Below the pieces are notes generated by a model. It was not told where the DNA came from. It did no database searches and saw only the letters and a list, made by a program, of their open reading frames with translations. Shown here in pieces: positions 1 to 11,176 of a DNA stretch of 64,000 bases. The stretch covers positions 310,001 through 374,000 of the forward strand of contig CBFDEM010000025.1 in the NCBI GenBank assembly GCA_965603825.1. Direction: 5' to 3'. Numbering within the stretch: the stretch's first letter is position 1; every line of letters begins with the position of its first letter. The DNA comes from Blepharisma stoltei ATCC 30299 (lineage: Eukaryota; Protista; Ciliophora). The translations under genes were made by a program, and so were the position numbers.

Positions 1-363
1 CAAAATGCTTTGGCATGCCTTTACAGCTGTCTAACACTTAAATACGACGAAATTGAGGCTTACATCAATTTGGGAATTGTTAACGAATTGATGTTCCAAA
101 GGGAAGAAGCCATTGCGTGGTACCAAAAAGTGATTGACAAAAACCCTGCAAATAATATCGCCCCAAAGAGATTCAAGCTTTTAAGCAAGCACAAAAACAA
201 GCCAAGAAATATTCCAGAGCCGCTTCAGCCAAACATCGACATTACTGAATTTCCATTTAAGCATATTGAGTGGAATTATCAGCAAACTGCTTACCCTCAA
301 AATTGAATAAAAAGTAACATTGCTCAAGAGAATACCATATTAGGTACTGTTGAAAATATATAA
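1..363 (+). CDS. TPR-containing protein, 3' end (5' part lies outside the window)
   Basis: Frame is open from base 1 and contains the TPR-like helix pair EAYINLGIVNELMFQREEAIAWYQKVIDKNP. Reading TGA 304-306 as Trp extends the frame to TAA 361-363. Confidence 0.7.
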
Positions 364-842
364 TTAATTAAAGAATCAATTTTTATCAATTATTTTAATA
401 AATTAAGATTATTCTTGAATTATGGCTTGTAAATTTAAAATTTGTTTAAAAATTAAGTTTAATAAAGGAATTGAAGTTGGCATGATGGTGTAGCTGTTTC
501 ACTTTTGAACTTTAAATGAAAGACATTTTTAACAGTTGTTTTAATTTTATTAATAAAATGTCAATTATTTAAATATTTTAACTAGAGAATTAAAAAATCA
601 TGCAAAAATAAAAATAATGTGAGATCTTTAAGTGGCAAGAAAATTATTATAAATTTTCGCTTATTTATGCTTATTGTTTTTGGCTAATAATTATTCTTCA
701 TAAATTAAATAATCGATGAATTAAAATTACATAAAAGTTTATAAATCTCACAAAAGTATATAATTCTATTAGATAATAGCATGAAAGTTAATATTAAACT
801 TATTGCATAATAAAAATAATAAGTTAATTTTAGCATAAATAT

Positions 843-1058
843 TTAGTACTCAGAAGCTTCAGAAGCAGATAAAGAGTCACAAGAATTTTCTACGATTTCC
901 AAATCTATTTCACTACGCAAAGATTCAGAATCAAAACTATCTTCGCTGCTTCCATCTTGAGCAATCACGCTACTTAAGTCAGCACGACTTGCATCATTAT
1001 CTTCAAAGTATCCATCTGATAGTGTTTCTTCTTCTAGAATTTCTCTATTGATACTCAT
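843..1058 (-). CDS. Small acidic hypothetical protein (71 aa)
   Basis: ATG..TAA ORF, D/E/S-rich, with higher GC than the flanking spacers; no recognisable domain. Confidence 0.45.
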   Translation of the reverse strand: MSINREILEEETLSDGYFEDNDASRADLSSVIAQDGSSEDSFDSESLRSEIDLEIVENSCDSLSASEASEY

Positions 1059-1192
1059 ATATCTGAATAAAATTTATCAAAGATAAATGGGGCAAACTAA
1101 AATTAATTTTAATCTATAATATAATAAATTATTGATAAATAAAATAGATAGTGCATTTTATTTACTTATTGACGTTAAAACTTTACCTAAAC

Positions 1193-2482
1193 TTAATAAT
1201 ATCTTTTTACATTCGGACTCCTAATATTATTAGGGGTACCGTATCGTATTGGACTTTTGGTTTTCCCCTTTTTAACTGAGCTGGCTGGGCTTACTGACTG
1301 ATTCCTACTAGTAGATGTTCTTGGTGGAGATTTTTCGGGTATAAGTGGGGTATTTGGCCCACTTTGATTTGTTTTTTTCGCTGATATAAGTCTTTCAGCT
1401 TGACCATTATCTCCATGTGTGCTTATATATTTCTCTTCTGGCGACATTCTTGTATCCACTTTCACAATTGGCCTCAAAGCTTTCACATTACCATTTCCCA
1501 TCCTAAAAAATTCTTGCTCCCTATCACACAAAAATTGCTGCTGAGGACCCAGCACACTCCCAGGTCTGCACAGTCTAATCCACCCAATAAAATCAGCAGC
1601 TGGAAACCTATAATGTTTCATCGCATATATTCCTATCAAAGTTCCAGTCCTCCCTAATCCAGCTTTACAATGCACAGCAACTGCTCCAGGCTCATTCTCC
1701 ACAATTCTCAAAAAATCACTAATTATGCTTTCACTAGGACAGGACCCATCCAAAAAATATAAATCATAATGCTTGATCCCAAGCCTCACAAATTTCTCAG
1801 CATCATAAGTCTTATTATTCAGTCTTATCACGGCGCCAACTCCTAGCTTATGAAATAATGGCGCATAATCTTCTGGAGTCCACACTTTAAACCCTTCTGT
1901 ATCATTTGAAGTAGGGCTTGGTGAGGCAAATGCTAATAATTTCCCTGGAATAATCCAGTTCCAGTCCCCATTTTCAACTTTTTCATAAAACTCGTAGTCG
2001 CGGATGTTAAATGTTTTCAAATTGAACCAGCCCAATTCAACACCTTTTTCCAAGCCGCGTAAGCAATGAAGGATCGTGCATTTATAAGTGCATGAGCCAT
2101 ACCCTGCGTCTCTGAAGTCAGCAAAGGGCGGAATAACTGTAAAAGGCTGCCAGGCTTCTAGAGATGTCCGACCGAGGATCAAAATTTGAAAAGCTCCCAT
2201 TAAATAAGCTGCATTGGCACGCTTTGCGGGGTTAAGAGATGTGTAATGGTAAATTCTGTACCCAGAATAGGCGTTGCTTTGGATGAGCTTTTCGAGTTCG
2301 GTGCAAAATTTGTAGGTCATGCCAATGTTCAGTGGGCCGAAATCATTCGAGAAAGGCTGGTAGACGAGATCGTTATCTATGCAGAAATAGTAAGATTTGG
2401 ACTGGTTTCGAGGTGGAGCGCGATCACTAATCCAGTACAACTTTGATGGGATTATTTCGACTATTTGGCTTTGACCATTCAT
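1193..2482 (-). CDS. CDC14: Cdc14-family dual-specificity protein phosphatase
   Basis: N-terminal DSPn domain (DFGPLNIG, NAAYLMGAF, FRDAG), catalytic HCKAGLGRTG and IRLCRPGSVLGPQQ motifs, then an S/P-rich tail. Confidence 0.95.
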   Translation of the reverse strand: MNGQSQIVEIIPSKLYWISDRAPPRNQSKSYYFCIDNDLVYQPFSNDFGPLNIGMTYKFCTELEKLIQSNAYSGYRIYHYTSLNPAKRANAAYLMGAFQILILGRTSLEAWQPFTVIPPFADFRDAGYGSCTYKCTILHCLRGLEKGVELGWFNLKTFNIRDYEFYEKVENGDWNWIIPGKLLAFASPSPTSNDTEGFKVWTPEDYAPLFHKLGVGAVIRLNNKTYDAEKFVRLGIKHYDLYFLDGSCPSESIISDFLRIVENEPGAVAVHCKAGLGRTGTLIGIYAMKHYRFPAADFIGWIRLCRPGSVLGPQQQFLCDREQEFFRMGNGNVKALRPIVKVDTRMSPEEKYISTHGDNGQAERLISAKKTNQSGPNTPLIPEKSPPRTSTSRNQSVSPASSVKKGKTKSPIRYGTPNNIRSPNVKRYY

Positions 2483-2842
2483 GGTTTACGATAATTAAAT
2501 GTGAATGTAGTAAAAAGAAACAAAATGATGCATGGAGAATTTTAGAAAGATTTTTTGGGTTTTTTTAGGTATAGAAACAATTCAGCTTTATTAAGTATTT
2601 AATTTCCAATAGAAAATTAAATAAAATTTAGTGAATAATAAATATATAGCCAAAATGAATTATTTAGATATTATGATTTTTAATAAACTGCTATCTATTG
2701 ACTACGTACGATTTATAATGATAGAACAGAATATTAAAAATTCAAGAAAAAGTATCCTGACAGCTAATCTTGCTTGGATAATTCTTAGACTTGCATTTTA
2801 ATCAGCCAATTGATAATTTTTTGAAGTTTTAATCATAAAATT

Positions 2843-3142
2843 TTATAAATTTCCCGATTCTCCCTTTTCCTCGGCTAGCTTGGCTTGTCTTTGTTTCCTC
2901 TTTTCTTTCTTAATTCTTGCCTCAGTTTCTTGCACTCTCTGCACCTCTTCAAGTATTTCTTTTTTGAATGGGCACGAATTTGGAATTCCTAGTCCTTTTG
3001 TGGTTGACTTTTTGATTCCCATGATCTTCATCTTTTTCGCTTCTTTTTTGAGTTTTTTCGCAGCTTCTTTAGAACGCTTAACCAGCCTGTGTTTTTGGCG
3101 AAGAGAAACTCGTTTACTTTTAGTTCTCGGTAGCCTCTTCAT
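2843..3142 (-). CDS. Stand-alone GN3L_Grn1 (nucleostemin/Nug1 N-terminal basic) domain protein, 99 aa
   Basis: KSKRVSLRQKHRLVKR...KLKKEAKK...GIPNSCPFKKEIL matches the nucleostemin N-terminus pattern (KxSKR...KLRKEAKK...GVPNSAPFKE). It ends at TAA followed by an AT-rich spacer. Confidence 0.8.
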   Translation of the reverse strand: MKRLPRTKSKRVSLRQKHRLVKRSKEAAKKLKKEAKKMKIMGIKKSTTKGLGIPNSCPFKKEILEEVQRVQETEARIKKEKRKQRQAKLAEEKGESGNL

Positions 3143-3309
3143 TTTCTAAATTATATGGTGAAATAGAAAGATGAAATAGCTTAACGATAAGTCTAAAGGT
3201 TTTATACCAATTCTCACAGTCTCATATGTATATTAATTTTTTAACTTAGCTATTGAAATTTATTTCTAATCTTACAGCATTTAATAGTTAAATTACCGCA
3301 AGCAATCAA

Positions 3310-4506
3310 ATGGACGAGCCATCAATCAGCTACTCAGAGAACTTATCAACTAGCCATTTCGAAGAAATTCAGTCGCATGCCTTGATCGTCGAAGGCTCTA
3401 TGGGCGTTTTTAACATCACTTCATCATTTGAGAAAAACATGGGCGAAAATATCCATGGCCCAACTTCCACATATGAGTCGATACCAGTTCTTCCTTTGTC
3501 CCCCACATTAATGACCTTGGACTCTCCTACTCATCCAATAAGGGTGTTTGAAAGACTTATCGAAGATGTAAATAAGAGAAACCACTTGAAAAAGAAAATC
3601 GAAACTTTTGTCGTCCAAAGAGAAGAAGAGCAATCTAAAAAGTTTAAATCTCCAAGAAAGCTCACAAAAGACCAGGTCGAAGACCTCTATAATCGACTAT
3701 TGCTTGACCAGCAGAAAAGACAAGAAGCACAAAATTTGAGGCAGCTTATGAGAGAAAGCCCTACTAGAGAGTTACCAAAAGTTATGATGAGCAAGAAAAA
3801 AGAAGAAGAGCTTTTGTATAGGCTGCACGAGTACGCGCAGAAGAAAAAAGAATGAATTGAAATAATGCAGGAAAAAAAGCAAAGACTTGAGGAAGAAGAA
3901 ATTGAAAGATTGAAGCATTACAGCCCGCGAAGATATCGCGACCCTAATTTGTTTGAAAGACTGAGCATTCCTAAGCTAAAATCTCCTCCAAGGAGCTTAT
4001 CAAGCACAAGGACAAACTTCGTTTCGCCTCCTCGCTCTCCAAGAAGAGCTGTAAAAACAAAAATAAGCCATAAAAGTAGTCAGAAATTAATCAGAAAAAG
4101 TATCACTCCACCGAGGACCTTAGACAATGATGATATTTCGAACCTGAAGTCCAGCACTTGTGAGTCAACAGGCCCAGTTATTGTCGATTTTAAGCCAGTT
4201 CATAAAATCACAGATTTCAAGAGAATGACAACGAGTACTACATGCACGCCTTATCCAGAGTCTACGAGGAGAACTTGGTGTACAGGAAGAGCTTCATCAC
4301 TGTCTGAAGATATAAAAACTGAAAAGCCTCAAGAAAGGTTCAAATTGATTGACATTGATGATTATTTAAGCCAGCTCAAAGCTAAAATCAAAGCAGAGCT
4401 GATCAACAATAAACAAAACGATGACTATCATTATGATGCAAACCCTAGCTTGGGAAGGATATTCAAGCTTTTTCCCGAGTTTGGAAGGAAAATGAAACAA
4501 AAGTAG
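3310..4506 (+). CDS. Hypothetical coiled-coil/basic S-P-rich protein (398 aa)
   Basis: ORFs 3310..3855 and 3865..4506 are in frame and joined by TGA(Trp) 3853-3855; ends at TAG. Confidence 0.75.
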
Positions 4507-4907
4507 TTCCATGGGAATTAAGTTTAATTATTTTAAAGTAGAGTCTATTGTTAAATTGAGTTGATAGCAAGGGCATTATTATAAGATAAATTGCTTAATT
4601 TTGAATTAATATATTGTGTTTAATTCTGCTAAAAATCAGCATATTTATATCAATCCAAAAGTCTAAATAAAAGGAATTTATTACAAGTGGAAAAATTACT
4701 CCACGCATAAAAATAAATTCCACGCGTAGAGTTTATCCATGAATGGCTCCTCTTGCGGAACCCAAACCACAATTTGTGCAGCGCAATATATTATTATCTT
4801 TATTTTATCGTTTTATTATAATTTCTTTGAATATTTTAAAGAAATAAACATTTTCTATTCATAAACAATGATTTTCTTTATTAAATATTATAAAAAATAC
4901 TAAAATT

Positions 4908-5318
4908 ATGCATGGGCAAATTGACGGAAGGGTTGTGAGAGCCGTGCGAAGCTTAAAAAGAATGAACACCCAAGAGAGCACTTCAGATGGCAGCTCTACA
5001 AGGACAAGTACCCCAGGCAATGAAGGTCAAATTTTAGACGTGATTTCAAATCGGGAGGACTTGAAATCATTCTTAGCCAATTATGGGATAACTGCTGATG
5101 ATTTGTATAAGGAAGTAAGAGAAGATTTGGTAATTGTGAGAGATATAATGACTGAGCCAGAATTGAGTGTAAACGTTATGAAAAGAATCGAGGGAAAACT
5201 GGAAGAATTTCAGGCGAGGAAACAGATCGAAACGGCCAAAAGCAGCATGGAAGAAAAAATCAGACAAAGAATGGAGATGCTGCAGAAGAGGCTTGACGGC
5301 AACAATGAAAATCTTTAA
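4908..5318 (+). CDS. Hypothetical coiled-coil protein (136 aa)
   Basis: ATG after an AT-rich leader, coding-like composition, TAA stop. Confidence 0.7.
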   Translation: MHGQIDGRVVRAVRSLKRMNTQESTSDGSSTRTSTPGNEGQILDVISNREDLKSFLANYGITADDLYKEVREDLVIVRDIMTEPELSVNVMKRIEGKLEEFQARKQIETAKSSMEEKIRQRMEMLQKRLDGNNENL

Positions 5319-5480
5319 TTTTTGCACTTAATTAGTAATCTACTAAAACAATTATAAAAAATATATAGAATCTTAATATCTGGAAAATAATTCGTTTATA
5401 CAAATGATGAAATGCTGCTAATATCTTTGATGCTCCATTTTCTCCACTAAAATTCAATTTCATAATATACCAGCCGATTG

Positions 5481-6143
5481 ATGTTTGTCATTAAGCCTTT
5501 TGTAAACCCTGAAGATAACTATGATAGCTTAGAAGAAGAGGAAGAAGGAGGCTTTTCGTGTCCTCTAAATGAAATTTTAGAAAGTGAAGGATCAGTTGGT
5601 AATCCCTATATAGATCCAAAAAAAATCGAATCTGAACAGAATCGAATTCACTTCGAAAATACTATAAAACAGCTCAAATGGAAAATTGAAAAGTCAAATA
5701 AGGCATATGAAGCACAATGAAATGAGTGAAATAAAGCAAAAACAAGATTGAAAGAGTAAAATATATCTAGATGCGAGTACCGGAATAAAGAACTTATTGA
5801 TGAAAATAGAACGCTGAATAAAAAACTGGGAAATCTGAGGGAGATTTTGGAAAGCATTACTACTAATTCGGAGCCGAATTCGTCTGTGATTTTAGAAAAG
5901 CCAGGAAAAAAGGAAGAAAATAAAGTTGCCGAGCCAGTTAAGGAGGCTGAAATAGTAAAAAATGCAGGCCCCAGGCAAGATGATACAAAAATAAATCTGA
6001 AAAAAGAATTAAAAGATATCAAGCTTCTAACTCAGAGCTGGGTTACATGAAATACCAATATAGCAAGAATTTTTGAATTGATCAAGAGATCGAAAGGTAT
6101 CTCATACGTTCGCGACAATCTAACAGATTTCAAGTGCGAATAA
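5481..6143 (+). CDS. Hypothetical coiled-coil protein with three TGA(Trp) codons and one 15-nt intron
   Basis: ORFs 5478.. and 5847.. are in one frame. TGA occurs at 5718, 5727 and 6048; the in-frame TAA at 5757 is removed by intron 5756-5770; ends at TAA 6141-6143. Confidence 0.7.
5756..5770 (+). other. 15-nt spliceosomal intron GTAAAATATATCTAG
   Basis: GT..AG ends, A at position 10, and it contains the in-frame stop that would otherwise break the ORF. Confidence 0.85.
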
Positions 6144-6295
6144 TTTTAAGTAAAGAAGAGATATTATTAATTTAATGCAAATTTTTGAGTCATTGATTTA
6201 TAAATGGCATATCTTTGTTACTAGATACTCCAAATATAAATGAAATTTTAGTTTTATAAATCCCAAAGGGGACTTATTTATTATATTAATTTTGA

Positions 6296-7411
6296 ATGCA
6301 ACAAACTTCAGAAACTCTTCTAGCAAACAGCACTATCCAGTTCAACACTTCTTGCGAAATTTGTGGCAAAGATTACGACCCACTAAGCCAGCTCCCCTAC
6401 ATCCTTCAATCTTGCAAACACTATTTCTGTCTTCCTTGCCTTAACAAAAACAAGATGCGCTCAACAGCTGAAACCACTGGCTCATTATTCTACGTTTGCC
6501 CAACCTGCAAAGGTAAAAGTAGATACGCTGACAAGCACTCATCCCTAATAAAATATCTAGAAAAAAAGGTCTGTATCCATCATGGTTTAGACTTCGTCGC
6601 GTTCTGTCCTACTCACGATCATCTATTATGCTCGACCTGCTTGCCAGAGCACAAGCGTCAAGAATACTTTATGCTAGACAGTCCCAAAATAAAAAAATAC
6701 ACAAAAGATAAAGAAGTTTTACTGACAGAATTCGTGAACAGAATGCATGACTATGTGAATGAGTCTAAAATAGAAGTCCAAGAGCTTGAAGACTTAAGAG
6801 ACCAGAACAGTCAGTATGAGGTGCATATCAGTAAAATCATTGAGGCCAAAGAAGAAATAATTAAGCGATTAAATGAAAAAACCCAAGCCTGCATTGATGA
6901 AGTTGAAGGAATTATAAAGAAAAAAGAAATAAAAGAGCTGCTGCAGAAAGTGACTGATAACTTGAGCCATTATGCAAAAGCTTTCAAACTTATGCAGAAA
7001 AAGAAGGATAAGTTTCCTAACTTAGATGTCGTGAGCCAGCTTGAAATAAAAAATAAAGATATGATGCTTGTGAAGCCAGCGAAAATGTTTAATAGAGATA
7101 GACTTGTGGCACCACCGATAGATTCAATTGAGTATGAAGATTCAATACAGCAGGGGGCCCTTGCTTATAAAAAGAGAAAATTAAAGATGGAAGAAGAGCC
7201 TGAAGAAATCAGGGAAAAGATAACGAATGAGCTGATTCAAGATCAGCAGAGTGCAATGCAGATTGAAGTAAAAGAGCAAGAAATCGTCAAGTCTGAGATG
7301 GAAACTAAAGAGCTAGAAATAAGCAAGCCTGAGATGGAAACAAAAGAGCTAGAAATAAGCAAGCCTGAGTTGGAAGCAAGCAATCCTAAACCAGAAATAG
7401 AAGCTAATTAA
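6296..7411 (+). CDS. RING finger + B-box + coiled-coil (TRIM-like) protein
   Basis: CEIC...CKHYFCLPC...CPTC RING; CIHH...FCPTHDHLLCSTCLPEH B-box; long coiled coil. Confidence 0.85.
   Translation: MQQTSETLLANSTIQFNTSCEICGKDYDPLSQLPYILQSCKHYFCLPCLNKNKMRSTAETTGSLFYVCPTCKGKSRYADKHSSLIKYLEKKVCIHHGLDFVAFCPTHDHLLCSTCLPEHKRQEYFMLDSPKIKKYTKDKEVLLTEFVNRMHDYVNESKIEVQELEDLRDQNSQYEVHISKIIEAKEEIIKRLNEKTQACIDEVEGIIKKKEIKELLQKVTDNLSHYAKAFKLMQKKKDKFPNLDVVSQLEIKNKDMMLVKPAKMFNRDRLVAPPIDSIEYEDSIQQGALAYKKRKLKMEEEPEEIREKITNELIQDQQSAMQIEVKEQEIVKSEMETKELEISKPEMETKELEISKPELEASNPKPEIEAN
7293..7372 (+). repeat. 36-bp tandem repeat in the CDS (about 2.2 copies; EMETKELEISKP)
   Basis: ctgagatggaaac(t/a)aaagagctagaaataagcaagc occurs twice in tandem, followed by a partial copy. 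Confidence 0.85.
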
Positions 7412-8004
7412 TTTTTATGCTTATTGAGTTTGCTTGGATTAATGACTGGGAGATTTGATAATTGAGTGAGATTTTATTACCCCGCAAAATAATAAACTAC
7501 GCAATCTATCACTATTAAATTTCCAATTAAAAATGTAAGTCAAGATGGAGGGGAAATCCCTCATGATTTTATTTGTCCAATAGCTTAAGAAATAATGAGA
7601 GACCCTATAGTAGCCCAAGATGGCTACACTTATTATAAGTTTTAGGCTTTTAAATTGTGAATAGAAAGATGGGGACTTAGGGTTTTTTAAATTTATATCG
7701 TTTATCAAGTCTAAATAAAAATGAATATTAACTGCTTGTAATAAAAAGAGAATTAGTTCCAGGCTGCAATTGCCTTTCTAGTTAGGATACATATAAAATT
7801 GTTTTTGATTACTAAGGCACAGTAAACTGATATTAGATTGAAGGTATCCTTTATGAAATACTGTACATACTGCAAAACACCTCTGCTCAATCATTCTTAT
7901 TTAGTAGCAATATTTCTAAAAAAGTCAGAATGCATATTTTAATCAAAATTCTAATTATTATGCTTCATTATAAGCTAAAATTTCATCTTTATTTAATTTC
8001 AGTT

Positions 8005-9393
8005 ATGGACTTAAAGCAAAAACTTGAGTATCAGCAAGGCGTTGAAGAGTATTTGGAGTCCAACGATGTGTATGAACTTTTTGAGTATCTTTTGAAAGAG
8101 CTTCTCATAGATAAACCAGATGATCCAATTGATTTTCTAATTCATAAACTCGAAAATCCTCGTCGGCGGCGACTCTTCCTTACAGGAGGTATCGGCAGCT
8201 CTCGTCGCATGGTAGCCCGCGACTTGGCCTCACGGTTCCGAGTCGAGTCCGTTAACGTTTACGACCTCCTGAAAAACGAAGTCAAAAAAGCTGGAAAACA
8301 CGCCGAAGGAGTCCTTACAGCTTGGCGTCAAGGCACTTATGTCCCAGACGAACTAGTACTTGATATTTTAATGCCAGTTCTTGAAGGCTTAGAAAAACAA
8401 GGTAAAAGCTACATCTTAAATGGCTGCCCACGTACCCGAGTCCAAAGTCTGGCACTCCAAAGAGCAGGGATAATCCCAGACCGCATTGCAATTTTAACTG
8501 CAGACGAAAATGCTTATAAAGAAAAATTTAGACAGAATTTCATTGAGTCGCAAGAAGTAAAGCCTTTAGATGACAGCGTAGCTGATGAAGCTTCACAAAG
8601 AGCTTTGGAAGAGCTTACATATAACTTAAATGGAGTTAAGGATGTATACGAAAATCAATGGCATGAAATAGATGCAGCCGGGCCTGTTGATAAAATAGCT
8701 GACAGAGTGGCAAAAATTTTCTTAATGAAAGGAAGGTCTAATGCTCCAAGAAGGCCTCCTAAAGTGATTTTATTAGGGCCTCCAGGTTCAGGAAGATCAT
8801 CTCAAGCCCAAAATTTAGCTGTCAGATATGGCCTCTCACTAGTCTCAACAAGTCAGCTTCTAAGAGACCAAATTAACAGAAAATCAGAAATTGGCAAAAA
8901 TATTGCCGCAATTATGTCGACTGGAGATATGGTCCCTGACTTTATTATAACAGAACTAGTAAGAAATAGACTCCAAGAAACAGATTGCAAAATGAACGGA
9001 TGGGTTCTAGACGGATTTCCAAAAACAGTCGAACAAATAAGGTCACTAAAAGAATTCAAAATCCAGCCATCTCATGTGTTTTTCTTGGAAAGCTCAGATG
9101 CATTAGTATATGAAAGAATTGAGCAGAGAAGGCTAGATCCAGTCTCAGGGAAATTTTATAGCGTTACTTCACTTCCAGAAGATCAAGGCTTAAGAGACCG
9201 CTTAGTGACTCTTGAAGAAGATTCCCATGAAGCTGTGAGAAAAAGACTCCAAAATTATAAAGAACACTCCACAAAGCTGCACGCAGAATTCGCCAAAGTT
9301 GGGATGAACATCAAAGCAGAATTAGACGAAAATTTAATAACTGAGATGATTGGAGACGCAATTGAAAATTCAATCCCACACGAGTTTGATTAA
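8005..9393 (+). CDS. AK8: Axonemal adenylate kinase 8-like protein (dimerisation/docking helix + two AK domains)
   Basis: N-terminal YLE...VYELFEYLLKELLIDKPDDPIDFL docking motif; degenerate AK domain 1 (LNGCPRT); AK domain 2 (GPPGSGRS, GWVLDGFPKT, RRLDPVSG). The probable ATG is 8005 because the upstream in-frame part is an AT-rich leader. Confidence 0.85.
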   Translation: MDLKQKLEYQQGVEEYLESNDVYELFEYLLKELLIDKPDDPIDFLIHKLENPRRRRLFLTGGIGSSRRMVARDLASRFRVESVNVYDLLKNEVKKAGKHAEGVLTAWRQGTYVPDELVLDILMPVLEGLEKQGKSYILNGCPRTRVQSLALQRAGIIPDRIAILTADENAYKEKFRQNFIESQEVKPLDDSVADEASQRALEELTYNLNGVKDVYENQWHEIDAAGPVDKIADRVAKIFLMKGRSNAPRRPPKVILLGPPGSGRSSQAQNLAVRYGLSLVSTSQLLRDQINRKSEIGKNIAAIMSTGDMVPDFIITELVRNRLQETDCKMNGWVLDGFPKTVEQIRSLKEFKIQPSHVFFLESSDALVYERIEQRRLDPVSGKFYSVTSLPEDQGLRDRLVTLEEDSHEAVRKRLQNYKEHSTKLHAEFAKVGMNIKAELDENLITEMIGDAIENSIPHEFD

Positions 9394-9508
9394 AATTTCT
9401 TAATAAAATTTCATTCTTAAATTGTAAAAACAAAATAAATGCAGAATAATGAGCTTAATTCTGCAATATGAAGAGTACTTTTCCTCAAATAATTTTTTAT
9501 AATAAAAA

Positions 9509-10255
9509 ATGTCAAGCTCACCATCATGCTTATCTTTTATTTTATGCAAGCGTAACAAGAAGAATCCTAGCAAGTCATATACTGGATCGAATTTGAACAT
9601 TTCGTCTTTTCAAGAATTCATATCCCAAAAGACAAATTCTTCGACTCAAACTCCTTTATCTAACGATATTGGGCTCAAACGAGGGTCCTCGCTGACTTAT
9701 ATAGCTGCAGCTGTATCAATCAACCATAAGTCATCAATTGTTGTAAAAAAGGCAGATAAATTTTTCCCTCAGCATCAAGCTTCCGAAAAGCTTGAAACTG
9801 CTGAGTCTGACTGATCTATGTCGTCTTTTCGAAACAAAATAAGCACTGGTGAAGCACCTCCTGATTCATTTTTATCAAGCCGGTCTTTTTCGAGCATTTT
9901 TAATTCGAAAAAAGAAGGGATTTCTTGGAATAAAAATTGTAGCCAAGCAAATTCATCAAACATTTTGGCCAATCCTTTTGTTTCAAACTCTACTCAAAAT
10001 AGGCCTAGAATAATTGCTATAACTCCTGCTACTTGCCTAAGAAAAAGACTATTTCCAAGCATGCTTAGAAATAATCAACGAAAGAATGATAATATAATTG
10101 CGGGCTCACAAAGGCCAGATGAGACTATTGCAGAGCATCAGCAAGAAAGTAAAGTAACTACAAAAATCTTTAGTAATAAAATAGGCTTGCCTATTATTGA
10201 TCCAATTATGGATAATTTTGAAGGAGAAAGCAGTAATAGCTTGGTAAATCTATAA
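9509..10255 (+). CDS. Hypothetical low-complexity S/N/K-rich protein (about 248 aa)
   Basis: ORFs 9509.. and 9818.. are joined in frame by TGA 9812-9814; the 3' end is uncertain. Confidence 0.55.
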
Positions 10256-10599
10256 AAGATAATTTTAACAATTTCAATAAAATTGAACAATAGAATAATA
10301 GTTTCAATAATAGTTCCTTAGATATATCATATTTCCTTAGATTAAGTAGCAAACGCTGTATAAATAAGCTGTAAATTATTTTTAAGAATTTAAACAAATT
10401 GCAAAGTTGTACCATTTCTAAGTTCTAATTAAATGTTAAAGGCTATGATTAAACTTTGATTAATTATTAAAGAAAGATCTTAAATCATCTTAGTATAACA
10501 AAGAATAAATTTCTTTCTCAAATAATGGCAAACCATATCATGCAATAAGCTCTTAGAATTAATAAATAGATGTATACTATAAATGAAAGATTATTTTAA

Positions 10600-11001
10600 T
10601 TAAAGATCATTCTTATCTTCCGATTTTGATTTCCTTATTAAATAGTCTACTATTTGTTCGGTAACCCTCGGCCCAATGTATTTTTCTATGAATTTCCCAC
10701 CTTTAAAAAAAAGAAGTGATGGGTAGCTTCTGACATCTCATATAGCTGCAAGTTCAGAAGGCACAGATGTTCCATCAATAGTTGCCATAACTATATTTTC
10801 TCCCTTCAATTTTAGCTGAGTTGCTGCCTGTTCATAATGAGGAGCAAATGCTTTGCAATGAATGCATCATGGAGCATAGAACTCTATCATTATATTTTCA
10901 TGCTCTTTTATTGCATCCTGTATTGTTAGAGAATCAAGTAATAATAAGTCTGATGAATATACAAGAGGAAGCATGAGACAAATACAAGTCAAAGTTTTCA
11001 T
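10600..11001 (-). CDS. Secretory single-domain thioredoxin/PDI-like protein (WCIHC) with C-terminal KNDL; absent from the ORF track
   Basis: Manual translation: MKTLTCICLMLPLVYSSDLLLLDSLTIQDAIKEHENIMIEFYAP-W(TGA 10867-10869)-CIHCKAFAPHYEQAA...VRSYPSLLFFKGG...EDKNDL-TAA. Alternative in-frame ATGs lie at 11013 and 11028. Confidence 0.9.
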
Positions 11002-11176
11002 TAGTTTCGGCATTTTTAAGATTTCCATTTGCAAAAATCTGATAAAAACAGAATTTTAATATTAAGATAAAGTTCACAATTAAACCTAATCTAATGCATC
11101 AATTAGCGGCAAAGATTTAATACTATAATTATATTTTAGAAGTCCCCAAAAGTAATTTCAGATAATTCTTTTGCAT

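Noticed and set aside
7439-7708. Short ORFs in AT-rich spacers or antisense to real genes (e.g. 7439..7708, 9400..9600, 17491..17721, 45818..46093)
   Set aside because: They have non-ATG starts or I/L/F/K-rich spacer-like composition and no motifs.
10244-10258. Candidate 15-nt intron GTAAATCTATAAAAG at the end of 9509..10255
   Set aside because: It lacks the A at position 10 and ends AAG, unlike the six supported introns; splicing adds only a short AT-rich tail.
10867-10869. UGA as selenocysteine in the thioredoxin
   Set aside because: The TGA occupies the Trp position before an intact CxxC, not a Cys position.
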